This document shows, in pieces, positions 9,384-18,147 of a DNA stretch of 64,000 bases. Numbering within the stretch: the first letter of the stretch is position 1; each line of letters begins with the position of its first letter. Below the pieces are notes generated by a model, which had not been told where the DNA came from, made no database searches, and was given only the letters and a program-made list of their open reading frames with translations. This DNA is from a virus (taxonomy: Duplodnaviria; Caudoviricetes), in the IMG/VR virus record IMGVR_UViG_3300035673_000002, positions 8,831 through 72,830 of that record. One strand, 5' to 3'. Position numbers and translations under genes: made by a program.

Positions 9384-9887
9384 TTACCCCGTGTAGCCGT
9401 TCCAGTTGCTGCCGCCCCAGCCTGCCGCCCAGGCGCTCCGGAACGGGTAGATGCTGTCGACGACGATGGTCGGCCTGGCGATGTAGCGCATCGTGCGGTA
9501 CTGCGCCGTCATCGCCCAGAAGGCCGCCCCGTATTTGCTTTGCTGCCACCATTGCGCGGAGCCCGCCGGATAGTCGTTCTCGGCGCTGACCGAGACCGAT
9601 CCTTCGCTCGCGCTCGAGACGCGCCCGACCAGGCCTGGGGCCTGGACGGCGCCGCCGGTGACGATGTTGCCGTTGGCGTCGCGTGTGGAGCAGAGCCAGG
9701 CAATGTGGGCGGTGACCGTGTTGAGGAGCACGGCGAGAATGGCCGACGAGCTCACCGGGCCGCCGCCATCGTTGCGGACGTACGTGGTCGCTTCATCGAA
9801 ATAGAGTTGAGCGACCTGCTGCGTCACGCCCGCGAATTCAGGGTAGCGCGCGATCCAGGTGGCGTAATTGAACGTGACGATCGCCAC
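9384..9887 (-). CDS. Head-tail adaptor (DUF4054 family)
   Basis: VTFNY..W.ARYPEF, GRVSSASEGSVSVS, W.QQSKYGA.FW motifs. Confidence 0.85.
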   Translation of the reverse strand: MAIVTFNYATWIARYPEFAGVTQQVAQLYFDEATTYVRNDGGGPVSSSAILAVLLNTVTAHIAWLCSTRDANGNIVTGGAVQAPGLVGRVSSASEGSVSVSAENDYPAGSAQWWQQSKYGAAFWAMTAQYRTMRYIARPTIVVDSIYPFRSAWAAGWGGSNWNGYTG

Positions 9888-9892
9888 GGCGG

Positions 9893-10366
9893 TTAGTCTT
9901 CCTTCTCGTTGGTCTGCAGCACGAGGCCTTTGGCCTTGGGCACGCGTGGGTCGCGCGCACGCTTGATGCCGTCGCGGTCGACCATGGCCATGTCCATGGG
10001 CTCGAGGCCGCTCCTGGTGGACTTGTGCTCGCGCGATTCCGCGGTGGCGTCAGCCGGCTTGTCCTGCACCAGGATGAGCTTGTTCATCACGACGTCGGAG
10101 CGCTTGTTCTGCTGCAGCCACGTCTCCATGAAGTCCGCGCTGACGTTGTGGGTCAGGGCGTAGCCGTAGACGATGGTCGCCCTCGGCGCCTTGTTGATCT
10201 CGTGCGCCGGTCCATTGATGTGCACGGACTCGCCGATCGGACGGGCCACCTTGACATCCTTGTACGAGCCATCGCGCTGGAGCTCGCGGGTGTCTTCGTA
10301 GGCGAAAACTCGCAACTCGAGCCCGTTGGGGATCTTGCATGCGACGGTGCACGTGTCGGTGGACAT
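9893..10366 (-). CDS. Conserved post-capsid structural-region protein
   Basis: VACKIPNGL, YALTHNV.ADF..WL.QNK, SGLEP motifs; ATG overlaps upstream stop. Confidence 0.65.
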   Translation of the reverse strand: MSTDTCTVACKIPNGLELRVFAYEDTRELQRDGSYKDVKVARPIGESVHINGPAHEINKAPRATIVYGYALTHNVSADFMETWLQQNKRSDVVMNKLILVQDKPADATAESREHKSTRSGLEPMDMAMVDRDGIKRARDPRVPKAKGLVLQTNEKED

Positions 10367-10641
10367 CAGTCGGCTCCTGCGTTGGCCTCGGCGTTCTCGG
10401 GCGTGGCGGTGATCCAGCGCTCGGTGGCGAGGATGTTGTGTTCCTTGTTCTGCTCGAGCCATGCGGAATAAAACTCCGCATCGATCCCTTGGTTCAGCCC
10501 GGGCGCGATCTGGACGCCGTCGCCGATCGGGCGCGCGACCTTGCTGCCAGGGATGTCGCCGTCGACCATCTGAAAGCGGCGCAGGATGACAGCGTTCCCG
10601 AGCCTCGAGGTGACCGAGACGGTCTTGCGCTGCTCGCCCAT
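10366..10641 (-). CDS. Short paralogue of 9893..10366
   Basis: Shares KVARPIG..V.I and A.F...WL.QNK with the downstream gene. Confidence 0.6.
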   Translation of the reverse strand: MGEQRKTVSVTSRLGNAVILRRFQMVDGDIPGSKVARPIGDGVQIAPGLNQGIDAEFYSAWLEQNKEHNILATERWITATPENAEANAGAD

Positions 10642-10723
10642 CGCGTTGCCCCTTGTGTGGCCTGCCCGGGTCCAGGCGGGAGGATTTTGCCTGTATCCTC
10701 CGCGCTGGCTCGACGTCCTTGTA

Positions 10724-11830
10724 TCAGACGCCGATCATGGACGAGAAGGAAACCGGCATCCGGATCACGGCGCCCCAGGTTCCGCCGGTGAGCTTCTGCT
10801 TGAAGCTCGAGGTGCCGCGGACCATCGGGTGCGCGCGCATCTTCTCGCTAAACGCCGCGTAGCCGGTTTTCTGGTTCTCGAGGTTCTCCACAAACATCTG
10901 GATCATGTTGCCGCCGGCGATGCCCTGCGGGTTGGCGGCCGAGAGTGCGCCGTACTGGACCGCGGTCTCGAATCGGATGTTCGGGAAGTTCTCCTTGAGC
11001 AGTTGGTAAACGTTCACGCCGAAGCTGTTCGTTGTGGTGAGCGCCATCTCGACCGCGGGCGACATCGCGATGACGATATTCGAGCGCATGTCGACCAAGC
11101 CTGCGGTCTGGGTCACGAGCGCGATGAAGATCGACTGGATATCGGCGAAGATTTCGTTGGCGGTCGCAGTCACAACGTTGTTCGTGAGCCAGCGGGTGTT
11201 GCCCGAGGCCTTGAGTGCCGGAGTGAGCGAGGCTGGCAGGTTCGGGTCGTTGATGAGCCCGTAATTCTGCAGGCCGAGCACGCCGAAAAAGTACGTCAGG
11301 TTCTGGAATCGGTTCATGACGCCGGCTGCGGCCTGGTCCATCTCCGAGACCCAATTGAGCCTCGCGAGCCCGGCGCGGTCGATTTCACGATCGCCGTATT
11401 CTTTGATGATCTGGAAAATGTAGTTCTGGCGAGCCGGCCAGTTGGCGTTGACGCCGACGTGGCCGTTCTCGTTGTAGTCGCCGTAGCTCGACACCTCGCC
11501 GTCGGCCTCGACCATCGGAAACAGGATGGTGTCGTCCACCCATGTTCCCTTCTTGACTTCGCCGACGATCTCCGCGGCCTTGGTGGGGGCGAAGAGGATG
11601 CGGAACACGTCCGGGTCGATGGTCGTGGTCAGCTGCATCGGGATGCCCGAGTTCGGGTCGGTCACGAGCGTGGGCTGCGCGTCCATGGCGAAGATCGTGC
11701 CGTTGCCCAAGGTGTAGTCGAGCTTCATTTCCTCGGGCAGATACGAGAGGACGTTCGGCAGAATGACGCCGCGCGCTGCGAGCGTGCCGGCGTGCGCGCG
11801 GTACGTGCTCTGTGCTTCTTGCATGTTCAT
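10724..11830 (-). CDS. Major capsid protein (DUF2184 family)
   Basis: AMDAQP propeptide junction, SSYGDY, YGDRE..RAGLA, YGL.NDPNL, GGTWGAVIR.P motifs. Confidence 0.92.
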   Translation of the reverse strand: MNMQEAQSTYRAHAGTLAARGVILPNVLSYLPEEMKLDYTLGNGTIFAMDAQPTLVTDPNSGIPMQLTTTIDPDVFRILFAPTKAAEIVGEVKKGTWVDDTILFPMVEADGEVSSYGDYNENGHVGVNANWPARQNYIFQIIKEYGDREIDRAGLARLNWVSEMDQAAAGVMNRFQNLTYFFGVLGLQNYGLINDPNLPASLTPALKASGNTRWLTNNVVTATANEIFADIQSIFIALVTQTAGLVDMRSNIVIAMSPAVEMALTTTNSFGVNVYQLLKENFPNIRFETAVQYGALSAANPQGIAGGNMIQMFVENLENQKTGYAAFSEKMRAHPMVRGTSSFKQKLTGGTWGAVIRMPVSFSSMIGV

Positions 11831-11896
11831 GGCGGTGCGAGCTCCTATGACACGAGGGACCGGCGCGCGGCCGGGGGTTGGGGGCGGGCGGTTTAA

Positions 11897-12841
11897 TTAC
11901 CCGTTGGGCTGGCTGACCATCTTGACGAGCTCGCCCGGGAGGCCAGTGGACATCGCGAACCACTTCGTCTCGACATTGCTCGCCGCGGTGATGGTCGTGG
12001 ATCCCACGACGGTGTTGTTGTTGACGATGTACGTGCCGGTGCCGCCCGTGCCGGTGCCGAATGCCGTGAGCGTGGTGCCGACGACGACGTTCGTCCCGGA
12101 GAGCGAGTCATTGATGGCGAGCACTCCGGAGCCAACGGCCGAGACGGTCATGGTGCCGTAGGTTTCCGAGATCGTGGTCGAGGCGACCGTCTGCTCCGGG
12201 ATGTTGACGCGATACGTGCCAATGCCGCCGGCGGTGCCGGTCAGCTGGTTCACGATCATCGTTCCGGTGGCGACGTTGGTGCCGGAGAGCGTGCCGCCTG
12301 GCACGGCCACGCCGGAGCCGACTGCGGTGATGGTGAGCACGTCGCCGGAGATCGAGCCGGTGAACGATCCGGTCGAGGCGGCGATCGCGGCGGTCACGGA
12401 GGCGCCGGTCGCCGGCGAGCCGGTGGGACCGAACGAGATCTTGCCGGTGGCGAGGTCCGCGTAGGCCTTCTGGCCGAGCAGCGCCTCGGTGGTGCCGTTG
12501 TTCTTTACCCAGAACCCGCCGCCCTTCATGAGGGTGATCGGGAAACCGGCGGGCACGAGCATGCCGGCGTTGGACATGTAGACGGTGTTGAGGCCCTGCA
12601 TCTCGCCGTGCACGAAGCCGGTCGGCGCTCCTGCGCCGAAATTGTTCGCGACCGTGGGCGTGCCGTTCACATCAAGCGGAGGCGCCCACCAGGCGAAGCG
12701 GCCGATCGTGATGCCGCTGGCGCCGCAGACGAGGCCGCCGGGTCCAGCGTTAACGGACGCGCGCGGGTTCGAATCGCAAAAGTCGCCCTCTCGAGCGGGC
12801 GCCTGTACTGCGCTGACTGCTGTCTGAAATCCGCCGGCCAT
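11897..12841 (-). CDS. Capsid cement/decoration protein with two inserted modules
   Basis: GFQT.V....APA.EGDF..SNPRAS start, GFVH.E.QG, GGFWVKN motifs; precedes the capsid gene. Confidence 0.8.
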   Translation of the reverse strand: MAGGFQTAVSAVQAPAREGDFCDSNPRASVNAGPGGLVCGASGITIGRFAWWAPPLDVNGTPTVANNFGAGAPTGFVHGEMQGLNTVYMSNAGMLVPAGFPITLMKGGGFWVKNNGTTEALLGQKAYADLATGKISFGPTGSPATGASVTAAIAASTGSFTGSISGDVLTITAVGSGVAVPGGTLSGTNVATGTMIVNQLTGTAGGIGTYRVNIPEQTVASTTISETYGTMTVSAVGSGVLAINDSLSGTNVVVGTTLTAFGTGTGGTGTYIVNNNTVVGSTTITAASNVETKWFAMSTGLPGELVKMVSQPNG

Positions 12842-12959
12842 GATCGTATCTCCTTACGCGTCTGGTTTGCTGGAGCGGCCTTACCGCGGCGGCGCCGCGT
12901 GAATGCTCCAGGTAGTCGCTGCCGCGGCGGGGGCACCGCGGCAACGTCTTGGCCCGAGA

Positions 12960-14849
12960 TCAGCCAAGGACTTTGATCTTGCCGATCCCGGGGAACATCT
13001 CATTGAGCGATGCGGTGGCGGCCGCATCCATGCCGAGCGGCGTCCTGCCGCCGGCCGGGACGTGCTTGCGCTCGCCGGGCTTGGGCACCATGCCGAGAAT
13101 GGCCTTGAGCGCGGGCACTTCCTTGATGCCCTCGTGGTCGATCTTGAGGCCGTCGAGCGCGGTGCGATAGACCTGCTCGGCGCTGTCGCACGCGATCTCG
13201 AGCTCGCCCACCCACGGCGCCACGAAGCGCTCGGCCTCGCGGATGTCGCGGGAGTTCTTGATGGCGGCGTCCTGCGCAATCCGGGTGGCCTTCTTGATCG
13301 CGGCGTCCATGGCCTCTTTGGTCACGGTGGGCTTGTCCTCATCCTCGCCCTTGTTTCCCTCGTCCTTCTTATCGTCTTCATCGTCGTCCTTGTCGTCCTC
13401 GTCGGCCGCGCCAACCTTGCTGGCCTTGCTGAACATGTCGCAGGCCTTGGTGTAATCGTCCTCGGAGAGCTTGCCTTTGAGGAAGCCGGGAAGGTCGGCG
13501 TCATCGACTGGGCGAACCGGGAGGGGCTCGACGATCCCGTTCTCCGGAAGAACGTCTTCCTCGTGCGCCTCGACCATGTCGAGCAGTTGCGCGAGCCCGT
13601 CGATCGAGGCGTCCTGGGCGAGCTTGCCCTTGGTGGCCGCGTTGACGGCCGCGATGATCGCTGGGCGCTGCGCTTTGAAGTTCTTGACCGTAACGCCGGC
13701 GAGGCTGGCAAGGATCGGCTTGGTGTCGAGCTTGGCGTCCTGCGCCATCTTGGGCTTGAGGAACGGAATCAGCGCGCCGTACGCGAGCAGAGCCTTCACG
13801 GTGGTCACGGTCTTTTTGCTCATGTCCAACTCCTTTGGTTGTTCGTCGCCGACCACCACATCGGAGCCGGCCCTGCCTTGTTTCACGAGCGCAACGTGAT
13901 TGCCGATCATGTCGCGCATCACGCCGTCGTAGCTCTCGCCCTCGTACTCTCCTGGGGTCATGTCGGCGCGGTAGCGGTACGCGCTCGAGAGTTCCTTCTT
14001 TTCCTCGCTCTCGATGTCGTCGATCGCGTCGCGACGCCAGACCACGAGACCGTTGTCGAGGTACGGCGCGTTGAACGCCGCGGTCGAGCCGGTGGAGCCG
14101 ATTACGAGTTCTGCGGGGTGGTCATCGGCGCTGACCGGGACGTGTTTCGATAGCAGCGGCTTGTTGTTGAAGGTCGATGCGGCCTTCGCCAACTCCGCCG
14201 GATCCCGGAAAAGCTTGTAGACCTTCTCCGCCTCGAGGCCCAATTCTTTATAATTTGGGATCTCGCGCCCGAGGTACGGGCAGATGTTGGCCTTCGAAAT
14301 GTGCGTGTTCGAAACATGGAGGTGGCCGTCGACGCTCTCGGTCCGCACGCTCGCGTAGTCGAGCGCCAGGCCAGCGCGGGCTGCAGCCAATTTGGCGTCC
14401 AGTTGGATGCCATCCGGCGCCCGATCGAACGCCAGGCCGTGGTCCGCGGCGATCGGCTCGAGCGCCTTGAGAAACTCGACCGCGCTCGCGGTCCCGGGGT
14501 GGAGCGGCTGCGGCGGGTCCGACAGCTTGGCCCAGGCGTGGCCGGTGTTTTCGTCGTTGAGCGTCGGCAGGAATGGCGCATCGAGCGGAAAGCGGTACGT
14601 GCGGTACATGCCGCCGGCGCCGCCCTCGCCGATCGGCGTGCCGGCGATCTCCTGGAGGTCCGCTCCGGCGGTGTCGTGGCCGGTTTCCTCGAGCGCCTCG
14701 CGGCGCGCAGCTGCATCGTGCGTTTCGTCGCCCTCGGTGCCGCCGCCGGGGAAGCACCACTCGCCCTGATGATCGCCGCCGGCGCCGCGCTTGACGAAGA
14801 GCGCGAGGCCGCCTGGTGCGAGGAACGCGATGCCGCCAGCGCCGGTCAT
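12960..14849 (-). CDS. NUDIX - DUF2213 prohead protease/scaffold fusion
   Basis: Nudix box GGGTEGDETHDAAARREALEETG, then ISKANICPYLG.EIP, ELSSAYRYRADM, GNHVALV..GRAG.DV.VGD; acidic scaffold-like tail. Confidence 0.85.
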   Translation of the reverse strand: MTGAGGIAFLAPGGLALFVKRGAGGDHQGEWCFPGGGTEGDETHDAAARREALEETGHDTAGADLQEIAGTPIGEGGAGGMYRTYRFPLDAPFLPTLNDENTGHAWAKLSDPPQPLHPGTASAVEFLKALEPIAADHGLAFDRAPDGIQLDAKLAAARAGLALDYASVRTESVDGHLHVSNTHISKANICPYLGREIPNYKELGLEAEKVYKLFRDPAELAKAASTFNNKPLLSKHVPVSADDHPAELVIGSTGSTAAFNAPYLDNGLVVWRRDAIDDIESEEKKELSSAYRYRADMTPGEYEGESYDGVMRDMIGNHVALVKQGRAGSDVVVGDEQPKELDMSKKTVTTVKALLAYGALIPFLKPKMAQDAKLDTKPILASLAGVTVKNFKAQRPAIIAAVNAATKGKLAQDASIDGLAQLLDMVEAHEEDVLPENGIVEPLPVRPVDDADLPGFLKGKLSEDDYTKACDMFSKASKVGAADEDDKDDDEDDKKDEGNKGEDEDKPTVTKEAMDAAIKKATRIAQDAAIKNSRDIREAERFVAPWVGELEIACDSAEQVYRTALDGLKIDHEGIKEVPALKAILGMVPKPGERKHVPAGGRTPLGMDAAATASLNEMFPGIGKIKVLG

Positions 14850-14856
14850 TTGCCGC

Positions 14857-15204
14857 TCAGTCCTCGGCCGCGCCAATGACAAGCTCGAGGTCGCCCTTCG
14901 TGGCCGCCGGTGGGACGCGCTTGAGTTCCGCGGCGAGGCTCGTCTGCTCCTGTACCGTGAGTGGCGCCAGCTCGGCCGCGCGCGCCGGCGCCGGCATCAG
15001 GAGCGCATAGGCGAGCGCTACAACGAGCAGCGCATGGAGCCCGAGTCGGCCGATGCCGCCGGCCAGTTGGGCGGCGAGGAAGAACGCCAGCGCGAGCCAC
15101 CCGAAATGCCAACGGCCGTAGATCGGGCCGGGTACGAAGGATGCGATGCAGGCGAAGACGAACGCGAAAACGAGCAGCACGAGGCTGATGTTCACGGTGT
15201 TCAC
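14857..15204 (-). CDS. Small membrane protein (2-3 TM helices)
   Basis: GTG start overlapping upstream stop with GAAGGA RBS; hydrophobic LVLLVFAFVFACIASF and WHFGWLALAFFLAA. Confidence 0.6.
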   Translation of the reverse strand: MNTVNISLVLLVFAFVFACIASFVPGPIYGRWHFGWLALAFFLAAQLAGGIGRLGLHALLVVALAYALLMPAPARAAELAPLTVQEQTSLAAELKRVPPAATKGDLELVIGAAED

Positions 15205-15542
15205 TCCTTCGGTTTCGGTGCCGGCAGCGGTACCGACTCCGCGGGCTTGGCAGCCTCGTCTGCGTCGGTCTTGGCCTTTGCTGCGGCCGCTGCCGCTGCG
15301 ATCGCCCGGCCTTCTGCGCCGTCGAGCCAATCGATGACCTTGCGGGAGAACATGTGCGGTTGCTGCTCGAGATATTGGCGCAGCGCCATATAGTCGGCTT
15401 CGCTCACCGTGAACGGTACGTAGGCCTGGGGCGCCGTCGGCGGTGGGGGCCCTGCCGGCGGCGCCTGGGCGGCCGCGGTCGAGATGGAGATCGCGGCAAC
15501 GATCGCGGTGGCAAGCGCCGGTCCCTTAAGCGAAAATGTCAT
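15201..15542 (-). CDS. Signal-peptide-bearing small protein
   Basis: KGPALATAIVAAISISTAAA|QAPP, then Pro-rich linker and small helical domain. Confidence 0.6.
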   Translation of the reverse strand: MTFSLKGPALATAIVAAISISTAAAQAPPAGPPPPTAPQAYVPFTVSEADYMALRQYLEQQPHMFSRKVIDWLDGAEGRAIAAAAAAAKAKTDADEAAKPAESVPLPAPKPKE

Positions 15543-15549
15543 GTCGCGA

Positions 15550-16599
15550 TCATTCGAAGCCTGGGATCACCGGGCGGCTCGTGCACCGGCAGTTGATGAG
15601 TTCGCCGGGCAAGATGTAGCGCCTTTCGGCCGGGTCGTACATACCCTTTGAAATTTCGTAGGTCTTGCCGTTCATCGCGACGTGGGTCGGACGCGGTTCC
15701 TTGCCGGCGCGGCTATGCATCCAGACGTTGGTTGTGATGCCCAGGCTGGTCTGCCTGGCGTGGGTCATGGCCGAGGTGGCCTTGTTGTTCTGGTCGCGCG
15801 CAATCAGCGCCGCTCGCCGCTTTGTCACGCCGTAGCGCTTCTCGAGCTCGCCGGCGAGCGTGCCGAGGTCGCGGCCGGTCTGGACCGAGCGCATGACGAG
15901 GCCCTGCACTTCGGTGTGGTACTGCGCCGGGATGGATTTGATGAGGGCGATGTTCTGGGCGATCGTCGCGTCGAGCACGTCGCGCATCACCGGCGTCATC
16001 GTCATCGGGACGCTGAACCCGCCTTGCTTGAGGATGGCCTTGAGGTTGGCGGCCGAGCGTTCGTTGACCTTCTTGGCGAAGTATTCCGCGAGCTTCGGTG
16101 CCGCGTCGTCAAATCGCTTCTGCCATTGCTGGGCAAGCCTGGCGACCACGGGCCCCAGCTTGCTCGCCGGCGTGGCGAACGATGCCGCGACCGCCTCGCC
16201 GGCCTCGGTCAGTATCCACTCGATCGTGGCCTGGTGACCTTGGGGCTGCGGCTTGGTGCGGATCAGGCCCTTGCGCTCGAGCGAATAGACCGGTTCTTGG
16301 ACGCCTGGCAGACGCGGGTCGCCGCCGTCGTATAGGCGCCGTAGCCGCTCGATCTCGGCCGCGGTCAGCCGATCGGTGGGTTCCTCGTCGACGGCCAGGA
16401 TCGCGGGCTCGTTGGCGCGGTATGCGGCCTTGAGCCATCGGTTGAACGAGCGGTGCATGCGGTCGACGAGCTTGACCAGGCACTCGCGATAGTCGGCCTC
16501 GATCCCGGCGTTCGGGTGAAGCGGGCGCATGACGCGGGGCTTGAAGCCTGGCCCACGCCGGCGCCGGCGGCCGTGCTCGATGCCAATTACCGGCGGCAT
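15550..16599 (-). CDS. Minor head protein (Phage Mu F / SPP1 gp7 family) with inserted wHTH-like domain
   Basis: RAALIARDQNNKA, WMHS.AG.EPRPTH, PGELINCRC motifs; start re-assigned. Confidence 0.85.
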   Translation of the reverse strand: MPPVIGIEHGRRRRRGPGFKPRVMRPLHPNAGIEADYRECLVKLVDRMHRSFNRWLKAAYRANEPAILAVDEEPTDRLTAAEIERLRRLYDGGDPRLPGVQEPVYSLERKGLIRTKPQPQGHQATIEWILTEAGEAVAASFATPASKLGPVVARLAQQWQKRFDDAAPKLAEYFAKKVNERSAANLKAILKQGGFSVPMTMTPVMRDVLDATIAQNIALIKSIPAQYHTEVQGLVMRSVQTGRDLGTLAGELEKRYGVTKRRAALIARDQNNKATSAMTHARQTSLGITTNVWMHSRAGKEPRPTHVAMNGKTYEISKGMYDPAERRYILPGELINCRCTSRPVIPGFE

Positions 16600-16714
16600 G
16601 CGCGCACCTTGGCGAGCCGTCGCTCGAGCTTCTTCTTTTCGCGCTGGACGCGGGTAAGCGCGAGAGCGATGAGGGTGAGTTCGCGCATCAACTCGGCCTC
16701 GAGGAGGCCGGCGC

Positions 16715-16990
16715 TCAGATCCCGGCTGCGGCCTCGATCGCCTCGGCCTTGCAGCGGTCCCACAGGTGCCACACGCGCAGCTGCCGGCGGGCGAGGTGCG
16801 GGCTGTCGAACGGCGTCCGCTTGCGCACGCGCCGGGCTCGGTTGTAGGCCCACCTGGTGGGCCATCGCACGCCTCGCCAGTGTTCGCCACATAGCCATTC
16901 GTGCTCTGGGTTCGGATCGGCCTTGTCGTGCTTCCTGCGGCCGCGGGTGTGGCTGCAGAATGGCACGAGGCAGGATAGTCGCGCTACCAC
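16715..16990 (-). CDS. Small Cys/His (zinc-binding-like) protein
   Basis: SCLVPFC...EWLCGEHW pattern; GTG start. Confidence 0.55.
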   Translation of the reverse strand: MVARLSCLVPFCSHTRGRRKHDKADPNPEHEWLCGEHWRGVRWPTRWAYNRARRVRKRTPFDSPHLARRQLRVWHLWDRCKAEAIEAAAGI

Positions 16991-17262
16991 CTTGATTGCC
17001 GCACGAGCCGGATTGCCTGGAGCGCCGCGAGGCTCATGCTCGAGCAGTCCGGGAGGTCTGGGCGCTTCTCGCACGCGCAGCCGTTCGCCGGGTAGATGCA
17101 CCGACAGAGCGCATGCGCCACGAGGCGCGTGAGCGGGTGCTCAACCTCGGCGGCGAAAACCTGCAGCTGGTGCTGTTTCGATATCGCCTGCTTGGTCGCG
17201 CGCCGGCGCTGCGCCCGGTCTTTGCGTTCCTCCGCGGTCAGCGCCATTGCGGGCACCGGCAT
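16984..17262 (-). CDS. Hypothetical protein with Cys cluster
   Basis: C.CIYP..GC.CE...DC; start uncertain. Confidence 0.45.
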   Translation of the reverse strand: MPVPAMALTAEERKDRAQRRRATKQAISKQHQLQVFAAEVEHPLTRLVAHALCRCIYPANGCACEKRPDLPDCSSMSLAALQAIRLVRQSRW

Positions 17263-17543
17263 GTCGTCGGCGCAGTGCAATCGCACGTACAGCGCTCGAG
17301 GCCCTCGACGAGGCGACCGGTGAGCTTAAACGCGACCGAGGTCAGCGGGGTCATTCGCCGCTTGGCGAAGATTTCGTTACGAGGCGCGGTTTCCACGATC
17401 ATGCGTTTGGAGCGCTGATCGAGATGGCGCAGCTGCATGCGCGGATCGGGCGCCGTGACCGGGTGCGCGCGCTTGAAGGCGGCGAAGGCCTCGGCCTGGC
17501 GCTGCTTGCGCTTCGCCGTTTTTCGGGATTGCTTGGTGCTCAT
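17238..17543 (-). CDS. Hypothetical basic protein
   Basis: ATGA coupling with neighbours; C-terminal CxCxC. Confidence 0.45.
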   Translation of the reverse strand: MSTKQSRKTAKRKQRQAEAFAAFKRAHPVTAPDPRMQLRHLDQRSKRMIVETAPRNEIFAKRRMTPLTSVAFKLTGRLVEGLERCTCDCTAPTTCRCPQWR

Positions 17544-17764
17544 CCGCGCTCGCCGCCTGGTTCCACGCCGGTCTTGATGACGGACAGTTCGGTGGCGTCG
17601 TCGATCACGAGCAAGCGCGTCCCTTCAGGCAGTATCGGTTCGACCATGCGCGCGATGTTCTCGACCGCGCTGGCATAGGCGTGCGCTGGCACCTTGAAGA
17701 TGAGGGTGTCGCCGGGCTGCAGTTCGAGCTTCGCTATCTCGACGCGCACGCATTCGATTTCCAT
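17540..17764 (-). CDS. Small hypothetical protein
   Basis: IAKLEL.PGD.L motif common in phage small proteins; translational coupling. Confidence 0.6.
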   Translation of the reverse strand: MEIECVRVEIAKLELQPGDTLIFKVPAHAYASAVENIARMVEPILPEGTRLLVIDDATELSVIKTGVEPGGERG

Positions 17765-18147
17765 CAGGCGTTTCTCCGTTTGAGCCGGGGCGCCTCTGCC
17801 ACCGTCGCCGGCTTGTAATCGGGCCCATGGGCCGCGAGGAGGCGCTCGAGCAGGCGGTCGCGGTGGCCGACGAGCCTTTCGCGGTTCTCGCCATCCTCGC
17901 TCTGCGGATCGTAGTCCGAGGGCCGGAGCGCATCTCGATCGCGCTTGAGGCTCGCGCCGCCGTCGCGCTCAACGTTGGGCCGGTGACCGCTCGTTGGGAT
18001 CTTGCCGGTGGTGCGCAGGCGCCGCCAGTGCCCGTAGAGCTCGCTCTCGCTCATGTCGAGCGTCTCGGCGATCGCCACGGCGCGCTCGGGCCCGTGCCAG
18101 AGACGGACAAATTCCTCGTCGGTGAATTTGTCGGCTTTCGAGGTCAT
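17764..18147 (-). CDS. HTH-like protein
   Basis: F.RLW......IAE.L.MS..ELY..WRRLR pattern. Confidence 0.55.
   Translation of the reverse strand: MTSKADKFTDEEFVRLWHGPERAVAIAETLDMSESELYGHWRRLRTTGKIPTSGHRPNVERDGGASLKRDRDALRPSDYDPQSEDGENRERLVGHRDRLLERLLAAHGPDYKPATVAEAPRLKRRNA

Noticed and set aside
12766-12775. GGTTCGAATC as a tRNA T-loop
   Set aside because: Within the cement gene, and no cloverleaf can be built around it.
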